DNA of 56,188 bases from an uncultured virus (IMG/VR IMGVR_UViG_3300021962_000038) (Duplodnaviria; Heunggongvirae; Uroviricota; Caudoviricetes): the IMG/VR virus record IMGVR_UViG_3300021962_000038; one strand, 5' to 3'. The stretch's first letter is position 1; each line of letters begins with the position of its first letter. A program made the translations under genes and the position numbers. Of the stretch, positions 8,715-19,283 are shown one piece after another. The notes under the pieces are model-generated. The model ran no database searches and was not told the DNA's origin. It saw only the letters and a list, made by a program, of their open reading frames with translations.

Positions 8715-9415
8715 TGGCAGTTCGATTACTATTTCCAACCTTTATATTTCACAGATATTTGCTAGACCCAAATCTACCTGAGGACAGAGGTGTATCTCAA
8801 GATTATCTAAATTTACTTAGACATGAAATGGATAATATGAGAAAGAAAGATCCTAAAGGTAGACAAATTTCTAATGCATACACTGGATGGCAATCCAATG
8901 ATGGATGTGAAAGTCACCCTGCATTTGTAAAACTTATGAGAAGAATTGTCCATACCTTTAACGATGAGGTGTTACCGTTTCATGGTCTTTCTAAAAATAC
9001 TCATAAAGTAGAAATAGGTAATTGTTGGGCAAACATAAATGATTATCTTGCATGGAATAGACCCCACTTTCACAATGGTTGTTGGTATAGTGGTGTGTTC
9101 TATATCAAAGGAGATGGTGATGAAGGGTCTATCAGCTTCTTAGATAAGGACAATAAGGTTGTTGCAGACTTTCCATCATGTCAGAGGACTAGATCATCAG
9201 AGGAATTTCCACCAGTTTCAGGTAATTTGATTTTGTTTCCAAGTGGTGCAATGCACATGGTTGATCCTAATATTACAGATAAAGAGAGATACAGTGTATC
9301 ATTCAATATCAACATTCATAGATTAAGTAATGAATACCATGGTAATATAAAGAACTATAATCCTGATGAATTCGTTTTCGATTTAGATGAAAATGGTAAC
9401 CCATTGATGGGTTAG
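8714..9415 (+). CDS. Putative 2OG-Fe(II) oxygenase (TIGR02466-like)
   Basis: WANIN, HFH, SGVFY, LILFPSGAMHMV, RYSVSFN. Confidence 0.85.
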   Translation: MAVRLLFPTFIFHRYLLDPNLPEDRGVSQDYLNLLRHEMDNMRKKDPKGRQISNAYTGWQSNDGCESHPAFVKLMRRIVHTFNDEVLPFHGLSKNTHKVEIGNCWANINDYLAWNRPHFHNGCWYSGVFYIKGDGDEGSISFLDKDNKVVADFPSCQRTRSSEEFPPVSGNLILFPSGAMHMVDPNITDKERYSVSFNINIHRLSNEYHGNIKNYNPDEFVFDLDENGNPLMG

Positions 9416-9432
9416 TTTATCTAAATATGTAT

Positions 9433-9693
9433 ATGGAAATTATAGTAGATGCTCATATTATATGGAATATCTTACTAACATTTGTTCTAGCACCTTTGGG
9501 GTTCTTAGTTCGTAATGTACTCACAGAACAAAAACGAATAGATATTTTGATCAATAAAACTAGAGAAGAAGTAGCAAAAGATTATGTTACTAAAGACGAG
9601 TTGGCCGAAGATATGGAAAGATTAGTTAGAATGATTGAAAGAATTGACCAAAAACTAGATCGATTACAGAACCGAACTTACTTCCAAGAGTAA
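9433..9693 (+). CDS. Small membrane-anchored coiled-coil protein
   Basis: One TM segment (IIWNILLTFVLAPLGFLV) then coiled coil; late promoter-like TCTAAATA at 9420. Confidence 0.55.
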   Translation: MEIIVDAHIIWNILLTFVLAPLGFLVRNVLTEQKRIDILINKTREEVAKDYVTKDELAEDMERLVRMIERIDQKLDRLQNRTYFQE

Positions 9694-9699
9694 AATCAT

Positions 9700-9707
9700 T
9701 ATAAATA
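9700..9707 (+). promoter_or_regulatory. T4-type late promoter
   Basis: TATAAATA upstream of gp13. Confidence 0.8.
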
Positions 9708-9740
9708 GTAGAAGAACATAATTTTTTATGGAATACTACT

Positions 9741-10556
9741 ATGTCAGAACCAAACAGTAAAGCAACACTAAAGTCTTATATAAAGAGAAGATTGGGAGCT
9801 CCAATCTTAGAAATCAATGTTGATGATGACCAGTTTGATGACAGAATTGATGAAGCACTTCAGTATTTTAGAGAGTTTCATTATGATGGTTCTATCAAGT
9901 GTTATCTGAAACATCAATTATCTGCTGATGAAATAACCACACTAAAATCAGATGAGACTTTCACAGAGACAGCTGCTGGGTCACAAGTTCATACAGATCA
10001 ACAATATAAACTACAACAAAATTATATCACATTACCTGAGTTTGTCTTGTCAGTTATAAACATATTCCCTTTCAACGACAAACACAACCTCAATATGTTT
10101 GACCTCAGATATCAACTTAGATTGAATGATATCTATGATCTAACTGCAACAAACATTCTCTATTATGAGATGGTGCAACAACATATCTCACTACTTGATA
10201 AAATACTTGTAGGTCAAACACCAATAAATTATTCAACCCATCAAAATAGATTGTATATGCACATGGATTACAATAGTGTAAATGCAGGTGAGTATATTAT
10301 TATTGAGTGTTATAGAAAAATCGATCCCACAGATTTCACCGATATTTACAATGACTTATGGTTGAAGAGATATGCAACTGCATTAGTCAAGTATCAATGG
10401 GCAGAGAACTTATCTAAATTCTCAGGTATTCAGTTGCCTGGCGGAGTAGCATTAGATGCAGGTCAAATGAAAACCGAAGCACAAGAGGAAATCCGTAGAC
10501 TAGAAGAAGAGTCAAGACTCAACTATGAGTTCCCAGTCATGGATATGATGGGGTAG
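9741..10556 (+). CDS. gp13: Neck protein gp13
   Basis: RRLGAPILEINVDDDQ; KYQWAENLSKFSGIQLPGGV; synteny. Confidence 0.95.
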   Translation: MSEPNSKATLKSYIKRRLGAPILEINVDDDQFDDRIDEALQYFREFHYDGSIKCYLKHQLSADEITTLKSDETFTETAAGSQVHTDQQYKLQQNYITLPEFVLSVINIFPFNDKHNLNMFDLRYQLRLNDIYDLTATNILYYEMVQQHISLLDKILVGQTPINYSTHQNRLYMHMDYNSVNAGEYIIIECYRKIDPTDFTDIYNDLWLKRYATALVKYQWAENLSKFSGIQLPGGVALDAGQMKTEAQEEIRRLEEESRLNYEFPVMDMMG

Positions 10557-10559
10557 TAA

Positions 10560-11408
10560 ATGCCAACTAATGTATTTTTTAACCATGCAGTAAGTACTGA
10601 ACAACACCTTTATGAGGATTTGGTTGTTGAGGCTTTACGATTTTATGGACACGATGTTTACTATCTACCTAGAGAGATTGTAGAAGAAGATAAAATACTA
10701 GGCGAAGATGTTCAGTCTACTTTCGGTGATTCTTATCAAGTAGAGATGTACTTAGATAATGTCGAAGGTTTTGAGGGAGAAGATTTATTCTCAAGATTTG
10801 GTGTACAAACACAAGAAGAAGCAACATTTACATTAGCACTTAGAACATGGGAAAGATTTATTTCGTTAGACAGCAACCTTGCAACAAGTCTAAGACCAAA
10901 TGAGGGTGATCTCATATACTTCCCACTTTCAGGTTCATTGTTTGAAATTCGATATGTAGAAGATCAAAATCCTTTCTTCCAAATAGGAAAACTTTTTGTC
11001 TTCAAACTCAAATGTACATTATTTGAATACTCAGGTGAAGACTTTGATACAAATATTGATGCTATTGATCTTGTCGAAGATGATAACGCTTATACTATTC
11101 AACTCACAATGGCAGGTGGTTCAGGTAATTATTATCCAAATGAAAACATATCGTACAACAGTTCAGTGATAGGTGAAGTTGTATCATGGGTACCTTCAAC
11201 AAGTAAACTCACAATCAAAGATGTAACAAGAACATTAGAGGTGGGTGATACACTTGTGGGTGCTGGTGGTGCATCATGGAATATATCATCAATTACTGAT
11301 ATACTTACAATGAATGCAAGTGAAGGACTTGCAACAAACAAAGAGTTTGAAGACAATGATTCAAATTACTTAGACTTTAGTGAAACAAATCCATTTGGTG
11401 AACCTTAA
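10560..11408 (+). CDS. gp14: Neck protein gp14
   Basis: GHDVYYLPRE, RPNEGDLIYFP, DFSETNPFG. Confidence 0.95.
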   Translation: MPTNVFFNHAVSTEQHLYEDLVVEALRFYGHDVYYLPREIVEEDKILGEDVQSTFGDSYQVEMYLDNVEGFEGEDLFSRFGVQTQEEATFTLALRTWERFISLDSNLATSLRPNEGDLIYFPLSGSLFEIRYVEDQNPFFQIGKLFVFKLKCTLFEYSGEDFDTNIDAIDLVEDDNAYTIQLTMAGGSGNYYPNENISYNSSVIGEVVSWVPSTSKLTIKDVTRTLEVGDTLVGAGGASWNISSITDILTMNASEGLATNKEFEDNDSNYLDFSETNPFGEP

Positions 11409-12448
11409 TGTTTGGTACATATTTTTACAATGAAACGATAAAGAGAAGTGTGTCTATCTTTGGTACACTTTTCAATAATATCAAAATCAGAAAAACAAAA
11501 TCAGACGGTACTGTTCTGACTGAACAGATTGTGCCTATATCTTATGGCCCCAAACAGAAATGGTTACAAAGGCTCAATCAGGATCCAAAGAAAAGAGATG
11601 CGAACATCACTGCAATGTCATTACCAAGACTTGCATTTGAACTTAGTTCATTTGAATACGATGCAACAAGACAACAAAACAAACTTATCAGAAATACAAA
11701 GCCTGCATTAGAAACAGGAAACACATCTCGTAAATTTCAATATGCACCTGCACCTTATAATCTAAAATTTACACTTAGTGCAATGTGTAAAAACATGACG
11801 GATGCATTGCAAATTGTAGAACAAATCGTACCTTATTTTCAACCTGAATATACAGTTACAATGAAAATGATTGATGATCTAACTGATGTTAGAGATGTTC
11901 CAATTGTTCTAAATTCAATCTCATTTGAAGATAGTTACGAAAGTAGTTTTGAAGAAAGAAGAGTTATTGTTTATACTTTTGAGTTTACCATGAAAGTATA
12001 TTTCTTCGGCCCAGTTTATCAAGGAGACATTATCAAGAATGTTATCGAAAGAGAATACATCAACGATAGTGTTTCAGGTCAGTTTACTACATCACAAATT
12101 GATGAGAGTGGATTGGTCAAAGAAATCAAACACTACGAACCTGCATTTGGAGAAGTTGCAAATGCAGTATCCAACTCAACTACAATCACTTTTGATACTG
12201 CAATAAATAGTAAGATAAGTGTTGGAGATGAAGTATTTTACACAGGAAACACACCTAATCCAACAATCAGTAGTATTGCAGCTGATAAATTATCAATCAT
12301 ATTGAATACTGCTGTAACTATAACTGAACCGAAAACGATTATGTTTGTTGGTTCAGTGCAACCAACTGATACATTTGTGGTTGCAGAAACAGTGACATTT
12401 TATGATGATGGTGCTAAAGAAACATTTAGTGAAACCGATGACAGTTAA
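11408..12448 (+). CDS. gp15: Tail sheath stabiliser/terminator gp15
   Basis: YFYNETIKR...FGTLFNNI, VPISYGPKQK, QIVEQIVPYFQP. Confidence 0.95.
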   Translation: MFGTYFYNETIKRSVSIFGTLFNNIKIRKTKSDGTVLTEQIVPISYGPKQKWLQRLNQDPKKRDANITAMSLPRLAFELSSFEYDATRQQNKLIRNTKPALETGNTSRKFQYAPAPYNLKFTLSAMCKNMTDALQIVEQIVPYFQPEYTVTMKMIDDLTDVRDVPIVLNSISFEDSYESSFEERRVIVYTFEFTMKVYFFGPVYQGDIIKNVIEREYINDSVSGQFTTSQIDESGLVKEIKHYEPAFGEVANAVSNSTTITFDTAINSKISVGDEVFYTGNTPNPTISSIAADKLSIILNTAVTITEPKTIMFVGSVQPTDTFVVAETVTFYDDGAKETFSETDDS

Positions 12449-12450
12449 TT

Positions 12451-12858
12451 ATGCCAAAAGACATTGATGCAAAACTAGATGATATCTTAGACATTTCTTC
12501 TAATATAAAAGAAAAAACAGCAGAAATAGTAAAGATACCACCTAGACAAGAAAATACAGAAACCGATTATCGTTATGCACGAGAAAATCTCTATAATCTT
12601 ATAGAGAGAGGTCAAGATGCAATAGACGGTATCCTAGAACTTTCCAAAGAAACCGAACACCCAAGAGCATATGAAGTTGCAGGACAACTTATCAAAACTG
12701 TTTCTGAAACAGCAGAAAAGCTAATTGATTTACAAAAGAAAATGAAAGACATAGAAAAAGAAGATGACACTATTAGAACACAACATAATCATTTGTATGT
12801 TGGTTCTACTTCAGAGTTACAGAAGTTTCTAAAGAAGTCTAAAAAGGATGACAGTTGA
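12451..12858 (+). CDS. gp16: Terminase small subunit gp16
   Basis: DYRYARENL, HPRAYEVAGQLIK, VGSTSELQKFL. Confidence 0.95.
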   Translation: MPKDIDAKLDDILDISSNIKEKTAEIVKIPPRQENTETDYRYARENLYNLIERGQDAIDGILELSKETEHPRAYEVAGQLIKTVSETAEKLIDLQKKMKDIEKEDDTIRTQHNHLYVGSTSELQKFLKKSKKDDS

Positions 12859-13555
12859 TGTGTATAAAAAGAATACACACAATGTTATTTTAGATCATGT
12901 AAGAACTAATGCATTCGATGAATGGATTAGTAAAAATGTAAAGGATAAAGTTGTTTGTGATCTAGGTGCAGGTTCAGGTATACTTTGTTATCTTGCATAC
13001 ATATACGGTGCAAGAAAGGTATACGGAATAGAGTGTCAAACGAAGTGTTTGAAAAATCTAAAAGTTATCTTCAAAGATTACCCTATAGAGATAATTGAAG
13101 GAGATGTTTTTGAGATGGACTATCCTGAGTGTGACATTTACTTACACGAACTCTTTGCAAGTAATTTTGTAGGAGAGGGTGTGATGAAAATGGTTGAGAA
13201 TGCAAACAGACAGGGAGTTGGTGATAAGTTGTTCCCAAATAAGATAAACTTATATGAGGGACATACTGAATTGAAAAATGGTATTATTGTAGAACACACA
13301 GGATATCTCAATAAAAATCCTAGAGATTTTTTTCTTTTCAGTGGACAAAGAAGTTTCAATCTAAAAATGTGGGAATATTATTCAGTAAAACACAACACAG
13401 TGTATGAAGGATTGATAAAAGACTTAGATATGAGTAATTTACGATACAAGAAAGGAAGTATTATATTATGGGATGCAGAGATTGTATCAAATTACTTAGA
13501 TTGGTCACACTGGCAACCAAAATACAAATGGGGGTCTATAGATGGTACAACCTAA
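12848..13555 (+). CDS. SAM-dependent methyltransferase, protein-arginine-MTase-like
   Basis: DHVRTNAF, VVCDLGAGSGIL (motif I), ARKVYGIE, DIYLHELFASNFVGEG (double-E loop-like). Confidence 0.7.
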   Translation: MTVDVYKKNTHNVILDHVRTNAFDEWISKNVKDKVVCDLGAGSGILCYLAYIYGARKVYGIECQTKCLKNLKVIFKDYPIEIIEGDVFEMDYPECDIYLHELFASNFVGEGVMKMVENANRQGVGDKLFPNKINLYEGHTELKNGIIVEHTGYLNKNPRDFFLFSGQRSFNLKMWEYYSVKHNTVYEGLIKDLDMSNLRYKKGSIILWDAEIVSNYLDWSHWQPKYKWGSIDGTT

Positions 13556-15149
13556 AAACGAAGGCTATCTAGGTAATACCCTTATAAAACGATCAGGTAT
13601 TGAAACTCAATACACTGAACAGGAGATGCAAGAGTATCTCAAATGTGGTCAAGATCCTATACACTTCATAGAAAATTATACACAGATTATCTCACTTGAT
13701 GAGGGTTTAGTTCCGTTCAAACTTCGTGGTTATCAACAAGGACTCATAGAACACTATAATATTAATCGTTTCAATATTGTTCTTGCAAGTAGACAGAGTG
13801 GTAAGTCTATTACCTCGTGTGCATACTTATTGTGGTTCTTATTATTTAATCCTGAAGTAACAGTTGCTATCCTTGCAAACAAAGGTGCAATTGCAAGAGA
13901 GATGATTGCGCGTCTCGTAACGATGTTAGAGTCTGTTCCATTCTTTTTACAGCCTGGGGTCAAGATTTTGAACAAGGGGTCAATTGAGTTTGCAAACGAT
14001 AGTAAGGTAGTTGCAGCTGCAACATCTTCAAGTTCAATTCGTGGATTGTCTATCAACTTACTATACCTCGATGAGTTTGCATTCGTTGAGGGTGCAGAGG
14101 AGTTTTACACTTCAACCTATCCAGTGGTAACCTCAGGTAAAGATTCAAAAGTTATCATTACATCTACTGCAAACGGTGTAGGTAATATGTTCTACAAGAT
14201 ATATCAATCTGCTGTACACAATCAGTCTGAATATAAACACTTCACTATCAACTGGTATGATGTGCCAGGCAGAGACGAGGAGTGGAAAAGACAAACCATT
14301 GCAAACACTTCAGAGGCACAGTTTGAACAAGAGTATGGAAATAGTTTCTTGGGGACAGGAAATACACTTATCAATGCAGATACTCTATTAGGAATGAGGA
14401 CTTCTGACCCACTTTATTCACAAAATTCCTTCAATATGTATGAAAAACCACAAGAGGGTCATGTATATGTTTGTACAGTGGATGTATCCAAGGGGAGAGG
14501 TTTAGACTATTCTACCTTTAGTATCTTTGATACTTCAGTTCAACCCTTCAAACAAGTTGCAACATATAGAGACAATATGATTTCACCAATGTTATTTCCT
14601 GATATCATTGCAAAATACGCAACACCCTATAATAAAGCTTTAGTGATTATAGAGAACAATGCAGAGGGGTCAATGGTTGCAACTCAGTTACACTACGATA
14701 TAGAGTATGATAATGTTTTTAAACAGGGTGCAACAAAGGCCGAAGATATTGGTATAACCATGAACAAAAAGATCAAAAGAATTGGTTGTTCCACTCTCAA
14801 AGAAATAACAGAAGAAAATAGATTAGAAATAGTAGATAGTAATACAATAACAGAAATGATGACCTTTGTAAACAAAGGTAATAGTTATGAAGCAGATAGG
14901 GGGTTTTTTGATGATTGTGTTATGAATTGTGTATTATTTGCATGGTTTTTGACCACAGATTATTTCACACTTCTAACAGATAAAGTTGCAAAGAACTTAC
15001 TATATGCAGAACAACAGAAGTTAATTGAGGATGACTTATTACCTGCAGGTATTTTAGGAGATCAAACAGGTAGTGAAGAAACATTTGTCGATGCAACAGG
15101 AGATAGATGGTTCCTCACGGATGATGAGTCAGAAACAAGAAACTTATAA
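13542..15149 (+). CDS. gp17: Terminase large subunit gp17
   Basis: SRQSGKS Walker A, YLDEFAF Walker B, ITSTANG, DVSKGRGLDYS nuclease domain. Confidence 0.97.
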   Translation: MVQPKNEGYLGNTLIKRSGIETQYTEQEMQEYLKCGQDPIHFIENYTQIISLDEGLVPFKLRGYQQGLIEHYNINRFNIVLASRQSGKSITSCAYLLWFLLFNPEVTVAILANKGAIAREMIARLVTMLESVPFFLQPGVKILNKGSIEFANDSKVVAAATSSSSIRGLSINLLYLDEFAFVEGAEEFYTSTYPVVTSGKDSKVIITSTANGVGNMFYKIYQSAVHNQSEYKHFTINWYDVPGRDEEWKRQTIANTSEAQFEQEYGNSFLGTGNTLINADTLLGMRTSDPLYSQNSFNMYEKPQEGHVYVCTVDVSKGRGLDYSTFSIFDTSVQPFKQVATYRDNMISPMLFPDIIAKYATPYNKALVIIENNAEGSMVATQLHYDIEYDNVFKQGATKAEDIGITMNKKIKRIGCSTLKEITEENRLEIVDSNTITEMMTFVNKGNSYEADRGFFDDCVMNCVLFAWFLTTDYFTLLTDKVAKNLLYAEQQKLIEDDLLPAGILGDQTGSEETFVDATGDRWFLTDDESETRNL

Positions 15150-15152
15150 ATA
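15145..15152 (+). promoter_or_regulatory. T4-type late promoter
   Basis: TATAAATA upstream of gp18. Confidence 0.8.
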
Positions 15153-15192
15153 AAAAGGTAAAACAACTTTTTTACATTAACAGGAGAAAAGT

Positions 15193-17190
15193 ATGGCATT
15201 TCAAGTATCACCAGGCGTACAGGTCTCAGAGATAGACTTGACTAATGTTGTACCTGCCGTTTCAAGCACTACAGGTGCTTTCGCAGGTACTTTCAAATGG
15301 GGCCCTGTTGATGAAGTAGTAACAGTTTCAGATAGTAAAGGATTAGTAGAGGAATTCTATTCAGCTGCTAACACAGATGCTGGAGCTGAGGACTTTTTCG
15401 CAGCAGATGCATTCTTGAAGTATGGTGCTTCATTGAGAGTTGTTAGAGTCAATGCAACAGGTTTGTTTAGTGCAAACCAGTCAGGAGACTCTTCATCACT
15501 CTTAAAGAATTCAGACCATTATGAATCCACATACAAAGACGGTTCTCAAGCAGGAACAGTCGGTAAATGGGTTTCAAGATTTGCAGGTTCCTTAGGAAAT
15601 TCATTAAAAGTCTCAGTTTGTGCATCCTCAAACGCTTATTTTAACGATGCTGTAACAGCCGTAGATCAGGTAGGTAACGAAGCTGCTGGTCAAACATCAA
15701 TCACGGTTGATGATTCATCAGTTTTCACAGTTAGAGATATCATCAAGTTTGCAGGACATGATACAAAATATCGTGTTACCGAACTTACAGATGGTACAAC
15801 AATTGTAATCGAAGCCCTAGATCAACCAGCTGGAACAGGATTAACAACAACAGTCAATGACAACACTCAGATAGATAGGTACTGGGAACATTATGCTTTA
15901 TTCAATAAAGCCCCAGGCACTTCTGCCACTGCAACAGCAGCTGGTGGGTCAGCTGACGAAATACACATTGTAGTAGTAGACGAAGATGGTGTAATAACAG
16001 GTAAAACTAATACAGTTTTAGAAACTTATGGTTTTGTCTCACTTGCATCAGATTCTAAAGACTCACAAGGTAATTCAAATTATTACAAAGATGTGATTGC
16101 AAGAGATTCTAAGTGGATTTGGTGGTCAGGACACTCAACAGCTATGTTGAGCACTGCAACCGAAACTAGAACTCATGTCCAATCAGCAACAAGTGCTTTC
16201 TCAAGACCATCAGCACCTGAAGTAAGTTCATTATCAGGTGGTGCAGACGGTAGAACCCCAACTGCCGCTGAAAAATATGGTGCATGGAACACACATTTTG
16301 CAGACGGAGAAACAATCGATATATCTTTCCTAATCGTAGGTTCTACAAGAACTGATAACGGTTCAGGAACAGATCAAGATATATTAACAGATCACAACAC
16401 TCTAGTAAACCAAGGTATTCTTATTTGTGAAAACAGAAAAGATTGTATGTTGGTTGCATCACCAAGAAGAGCTTCAGTAGTTGGTGTGACTTCAGAGTCA
16501 TCACAACTATCTAATGTACTTGCAGATTACGCAAGTGTAACATCTTCTTCTTATGCAGTATTAGACAGTGGATGGGTATATCAATACGACAGATTCAACG
16601 ATAGATATTGTTGGATACCTGCATGTTCACACACTGCTGGTATTATGGTCAGATCAGACCTTCTTAGAGACCCATGGTTCTCACCTGCTGGTTTCTCAAG
16701 AGGTCAATACTTAGGTATTACTAAACTTGCTTTCAATCCAAAACAAGCAAGTAGAGATGATCTATATCGTGCAAGGGTCAACCCAATTTGCACATTCCCA
16801 GGCCAAGGTACAGTTCTTTTCGGAGATAAAACTGCACTTACAACATCATCTGCATTCGATAGAATCAATGTAAGAAGATTATTCATTGTTTTAGAAAAAG
16901 CAATCGCAACAGCTGCAAAAGCTTCACTGTTTGAATTCAACGATGCATTTACAAGAGCACAGTTCAGAGCAACAGTAGAACCTTTCTTAAGAGATGTTAA
17001 GAACCGTAGAGGTTTGACAGACTATTCAGTATTATGTGATGAAACAAACAACACAGACACCGTTATCGATAGAAACGAGTTTGTATGTTCAATCTTCATT
17101 AAACCTTCAAGGTCAATCAACTTTATTACTTTGAACTTTGTAGCTGCAAGAAGCGGTGTAGAGTTTGAAGAAATATATGGAGCAGTTTAG
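15193..17190 (+). CDS. gp18: Tail sheath protein gp18
   Basis: SPGVQVSEIDLT, PWFSPAGFSRG, FDRINVRRLF. Confidence 0.97.
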   Translation: MAFQVSPGVQVSEIDLTNVVPAVSSTTGAFAGTFKWGPVDEVVTVSDSKGLVEEFYSAANTDAGAEDFFAADAFLKYGASLRVVRVNATGLFSANQSGDSSSLLKNSDHYESTYKDGSQAGTVGKWVSRFAGSLGNSLKVSVCASSNAYFNDAVTAVDQVGNEAAGQTSITVDDSSVFTVRDIIKFAGHDTKYRVTELTDGTTIVIEALDQPAGTGLTTTVNDNTQIDRYWEHYALFNKAPGTSATATAAGGSADEIHIVVVDEDGVITGKTNTVLETYGFVSLASDSKDSQGNSNYYKDVIARDSKWIWWSGHSTAMLSTATETRTHVQSATSAFSRPSAPEVSSLSGGADGRTPTAAEKYGAWNTHFADGETIDISFLIVGSTRTDNGSGTDQDILTDHNTLVNQGILICENRKDCMLVASPRRASVVGVTSESSQLSNVLADYASVTSSSYAVLDSGWVYQYDRFNDRYCWIPACSHTAGIMVRSDLLRDPWFSPAGFSRGQYLGITKLAFNPKQASRDDLYRARVNPICTFPGQGTVLFGDKTALTTSSAFDRINVRRLFIVLEKAIATAAKASLFEFNDAFTRAQFRATVEPFLRDVKNRRGLTDYSVLCDETNNTDTVIDRNEFVCSIFIKPSRSINFITLNFVAARSGVEFEEIYGAV

Positions 17191-17199
17191 GAGTAAAAA

Positions 17200-17697
17200 A
17201 TGGCAACAATAGATCAATTTAAAGCACAACTAATCGGTGGAGGCCCTAGAGCTAACCGATTTAGAGTTTTCATTCCTAGAACTGGTAATCGAATAGAGTT
17301 TCTATGTCGTGCAGCTAACTTACCTGCTGGAACCCTAACATCATTTGACATCAAATGGATGGGTACAACACTCAAACTTCCTGGCGACAGGACATTTGAG
17401 AACTGGGAAGTAACTGTAATCAATGATGCAGAATTTTCTGTAAGAACTGCCGTAGAAAATTGGCAGAATGAAATCGTTGGTTTCACAGATGGTAGAGGTA
17501 GTACCACATTAGATTTTATGGTTGACAGAGCATATGTTGAACAACTAGATAAAGCTGATTCAGTTTTAGCGAGATATGAATTCTTCAATATGTGGCCAAC
17601 TAGTATAGGTAATGTTGAACTTAACTACGAAACTGTTGACGCATTAGAAACATTTACAGTTGGTTTCGCTTTCTCACACTGGGAAAGAGTAATCTAA
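17200..17697 (+). CDS. gp19: Tail tube protein gp19
   Basis: GGGPRANRF, LPGDRTFENW; synteny. Confidence 0.95.
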   Translation: MATIDQFKAQLIGGGPRANRFRVFIPRTGNRIEFLCRAANLPAGTLTSFDIKWMGTTLKLPGDRTFENWEVTVINDAEFSVRTAVENWQNEIVGFTDGRGSTTLDFMVDRAYVEQLDKADSVLARYEFFNMWPTSIGNVELNYETVDALETFTVGFAFSHWERVI

Positions 17698-17701
17698 GTG
17701 A

Positions 17702-17727
17702 ATACCCTAAAATTTAGGGTATAAATA
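17702..17727 (+). promoter_or_regulatory. Late promoter overlapped by an inverted repeat
   Basis: TATAAATA at 17720-17727; ATACCCTAAA-A-TTTAGGGTAT at 17702-17722. Confidence 0.7.
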
Positions 17728-17732
17728 TAGGT

Positions 17733-19274
17733 ATGGAAATTTTTGGGTTTGAAATAACTCGTAAAAAAGACGAGTTGAGAGCAAGTGATACAGTCAGAAA
17801 GGCTGTATCATTTGTTCCACCTGTCGATGATGACGGTACTCCTGTCATTCAAAGCCAGCCTGGCGGTTTTATAACTGGTGGTGCGTATGGTTCTTATATC
17901 GACATGGAAGGTGGTATCAAGAGTGAGGCAGAACTCATTCGTAGATATCGTGAAGCGTCTTTGATACCTGAAGTTGATTCAGCCATCGAAGATATAGTTA
18001 ATGAGTGTATTACTTCTGACACTTCGGATAGGATTGTAACACTCGACCTCAGAGATGTAAAACTCTCTGACAGTATCAAAAATAAGATACGAGACGAGTT
18101 TTATCACATCCTAAACATAATGAAGTTCAATCAGAACTCTCATGAACTTTTCAGAAAATGGTATGTAGACGGTAGAATTTATTTCCACAAGGTAGTAGAT
18201 TCTAAAAGACCGAAGGCAGGGATTATCGACATTAGAAATGTTGATCCCATAAAAATCAAGAAAGTCAGGAATATAGAAAAGGAAAGAGATCCAAAGACTA
18301 AGGTCGAAAGGATTAAAAAGGTAGAAGAGTTTTATCTTTTTAATGATAAGGGTTTTGACAAGAGTGGTTCAGGAGAAGGAAACACTGTCAAAATTGCACC
18401 TGAAGCAGTAACATATACTACCTCAGGTTTATTAGACTACACTAAGAATGTTGTAGTCGGATATCTTCATAAATCGTTGAAGACTGCAAATCAGTTATCA
18501 ATGATTGAAGATGCTCTAGTGATATACAGAATATCTAGAGCACCTGAAAGAAGAATATTCTATATTGATGTTGGTAACTTACCAAAAGCAAAGGCAGAAC
18601 AGTACCTTGCAGATGTAATGAATCGATATAGAAACAAATTAGTGTACAATGCACAGACAGGTGAACTGAAAGATGATCGTAAACACATGTCTATGCTAGA
18701 AGATTTTTGGTTACCTCGTAGAGAAGGTAACAGAGGTACGGAGATACAAACTCTGCCAGGCGGTTCAAACCTATCAGAGATTGACGATATAGAATACTTC
18801 AAAAAGAAACTATATCGTTCATTGAATGTACCAATATCTAGAATGGAATCAGAGAACGGTTTTAACATGGGTCGTTCATCTGAGATCACTAGAGACGAAC
18901 TGAAGTTTAATAAATTTACTAATAGACTTCAGAAAAAGTTTGCAAGAGTATTTGTTGATGTATTAAGAACACAACTTTTACTCAAAGAGATTGTAACTGG
19001 TGAAGAGTTTGATCAAGTCAAAGACTTCTTACAGTTTGATTTTGCAACTGACAACCACTTTACAGAGTTGAAAGATGCAGAAATATTGAGAGAAAGATTA
19101 GATACTCTCAATCAAGTAAATGACTATGTTGGAAAATATTTCTCTAAAGAGTATGTAAGAAAATATATACTTAGACAAACAGAAGAGGATATTAATCTCA
19201 TTGATAAACAAATCGAAACCGAAAAAGAAACAGGTGGAGATGAGGGAGACAATGATCAACAAGGATATTTTTAG
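17733..19274 (+). CDS. gp20: Portal protein gp20
   Basis: YRISRAPERRIFYIDVGNLPK, EDFWLPRREG. Confidence 0.98.
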   Translation: MEIFGFEITRKKDELRASDTVRKAVSFVPPVDDDGTPVIQSQPGGFITGGAYGSYIDMEGGIKSEAELIRRYREASLIPEVDSAIEDIVNECITSDTSDRIVTLDLRDVKLSDSIKNKIRDEFYHILNIMKFNQNSHELFRKWYVDGRIYFHKVVDSKRPKAGIIDIRNVDPIKIKKVRNIEKERDPKTKVERIKKVEEFYLFNDKGFDKSGSGEGNTVKIAPEAVTYTTSGLLDYTKNVVVGYLHKSLKTANQLSMIEDALVIYRISRAPERRIFYIDVGNLPKAKAEQYLADVMNRYRNKLVYNAQTGELKDDRKHMSMLEDFWLPRREGNRGTEIQTLPGGSNLSEIDDIEYFKKKLYRSLNVPISRMESENGFNMGRSSEITRDELKFNKFTNRLQKKFARVFVDVLRTQLLLKEIVTGEEFDQVKDFLQFDFATDNHFTELKDAEILRERLDTLNQVNDYVGKYFSKEYVRKYILRQTEEDINLIDKQIETEKETGGDEGDNDQQGYF

Positions 19275-19283
19275 GAGTAATAA

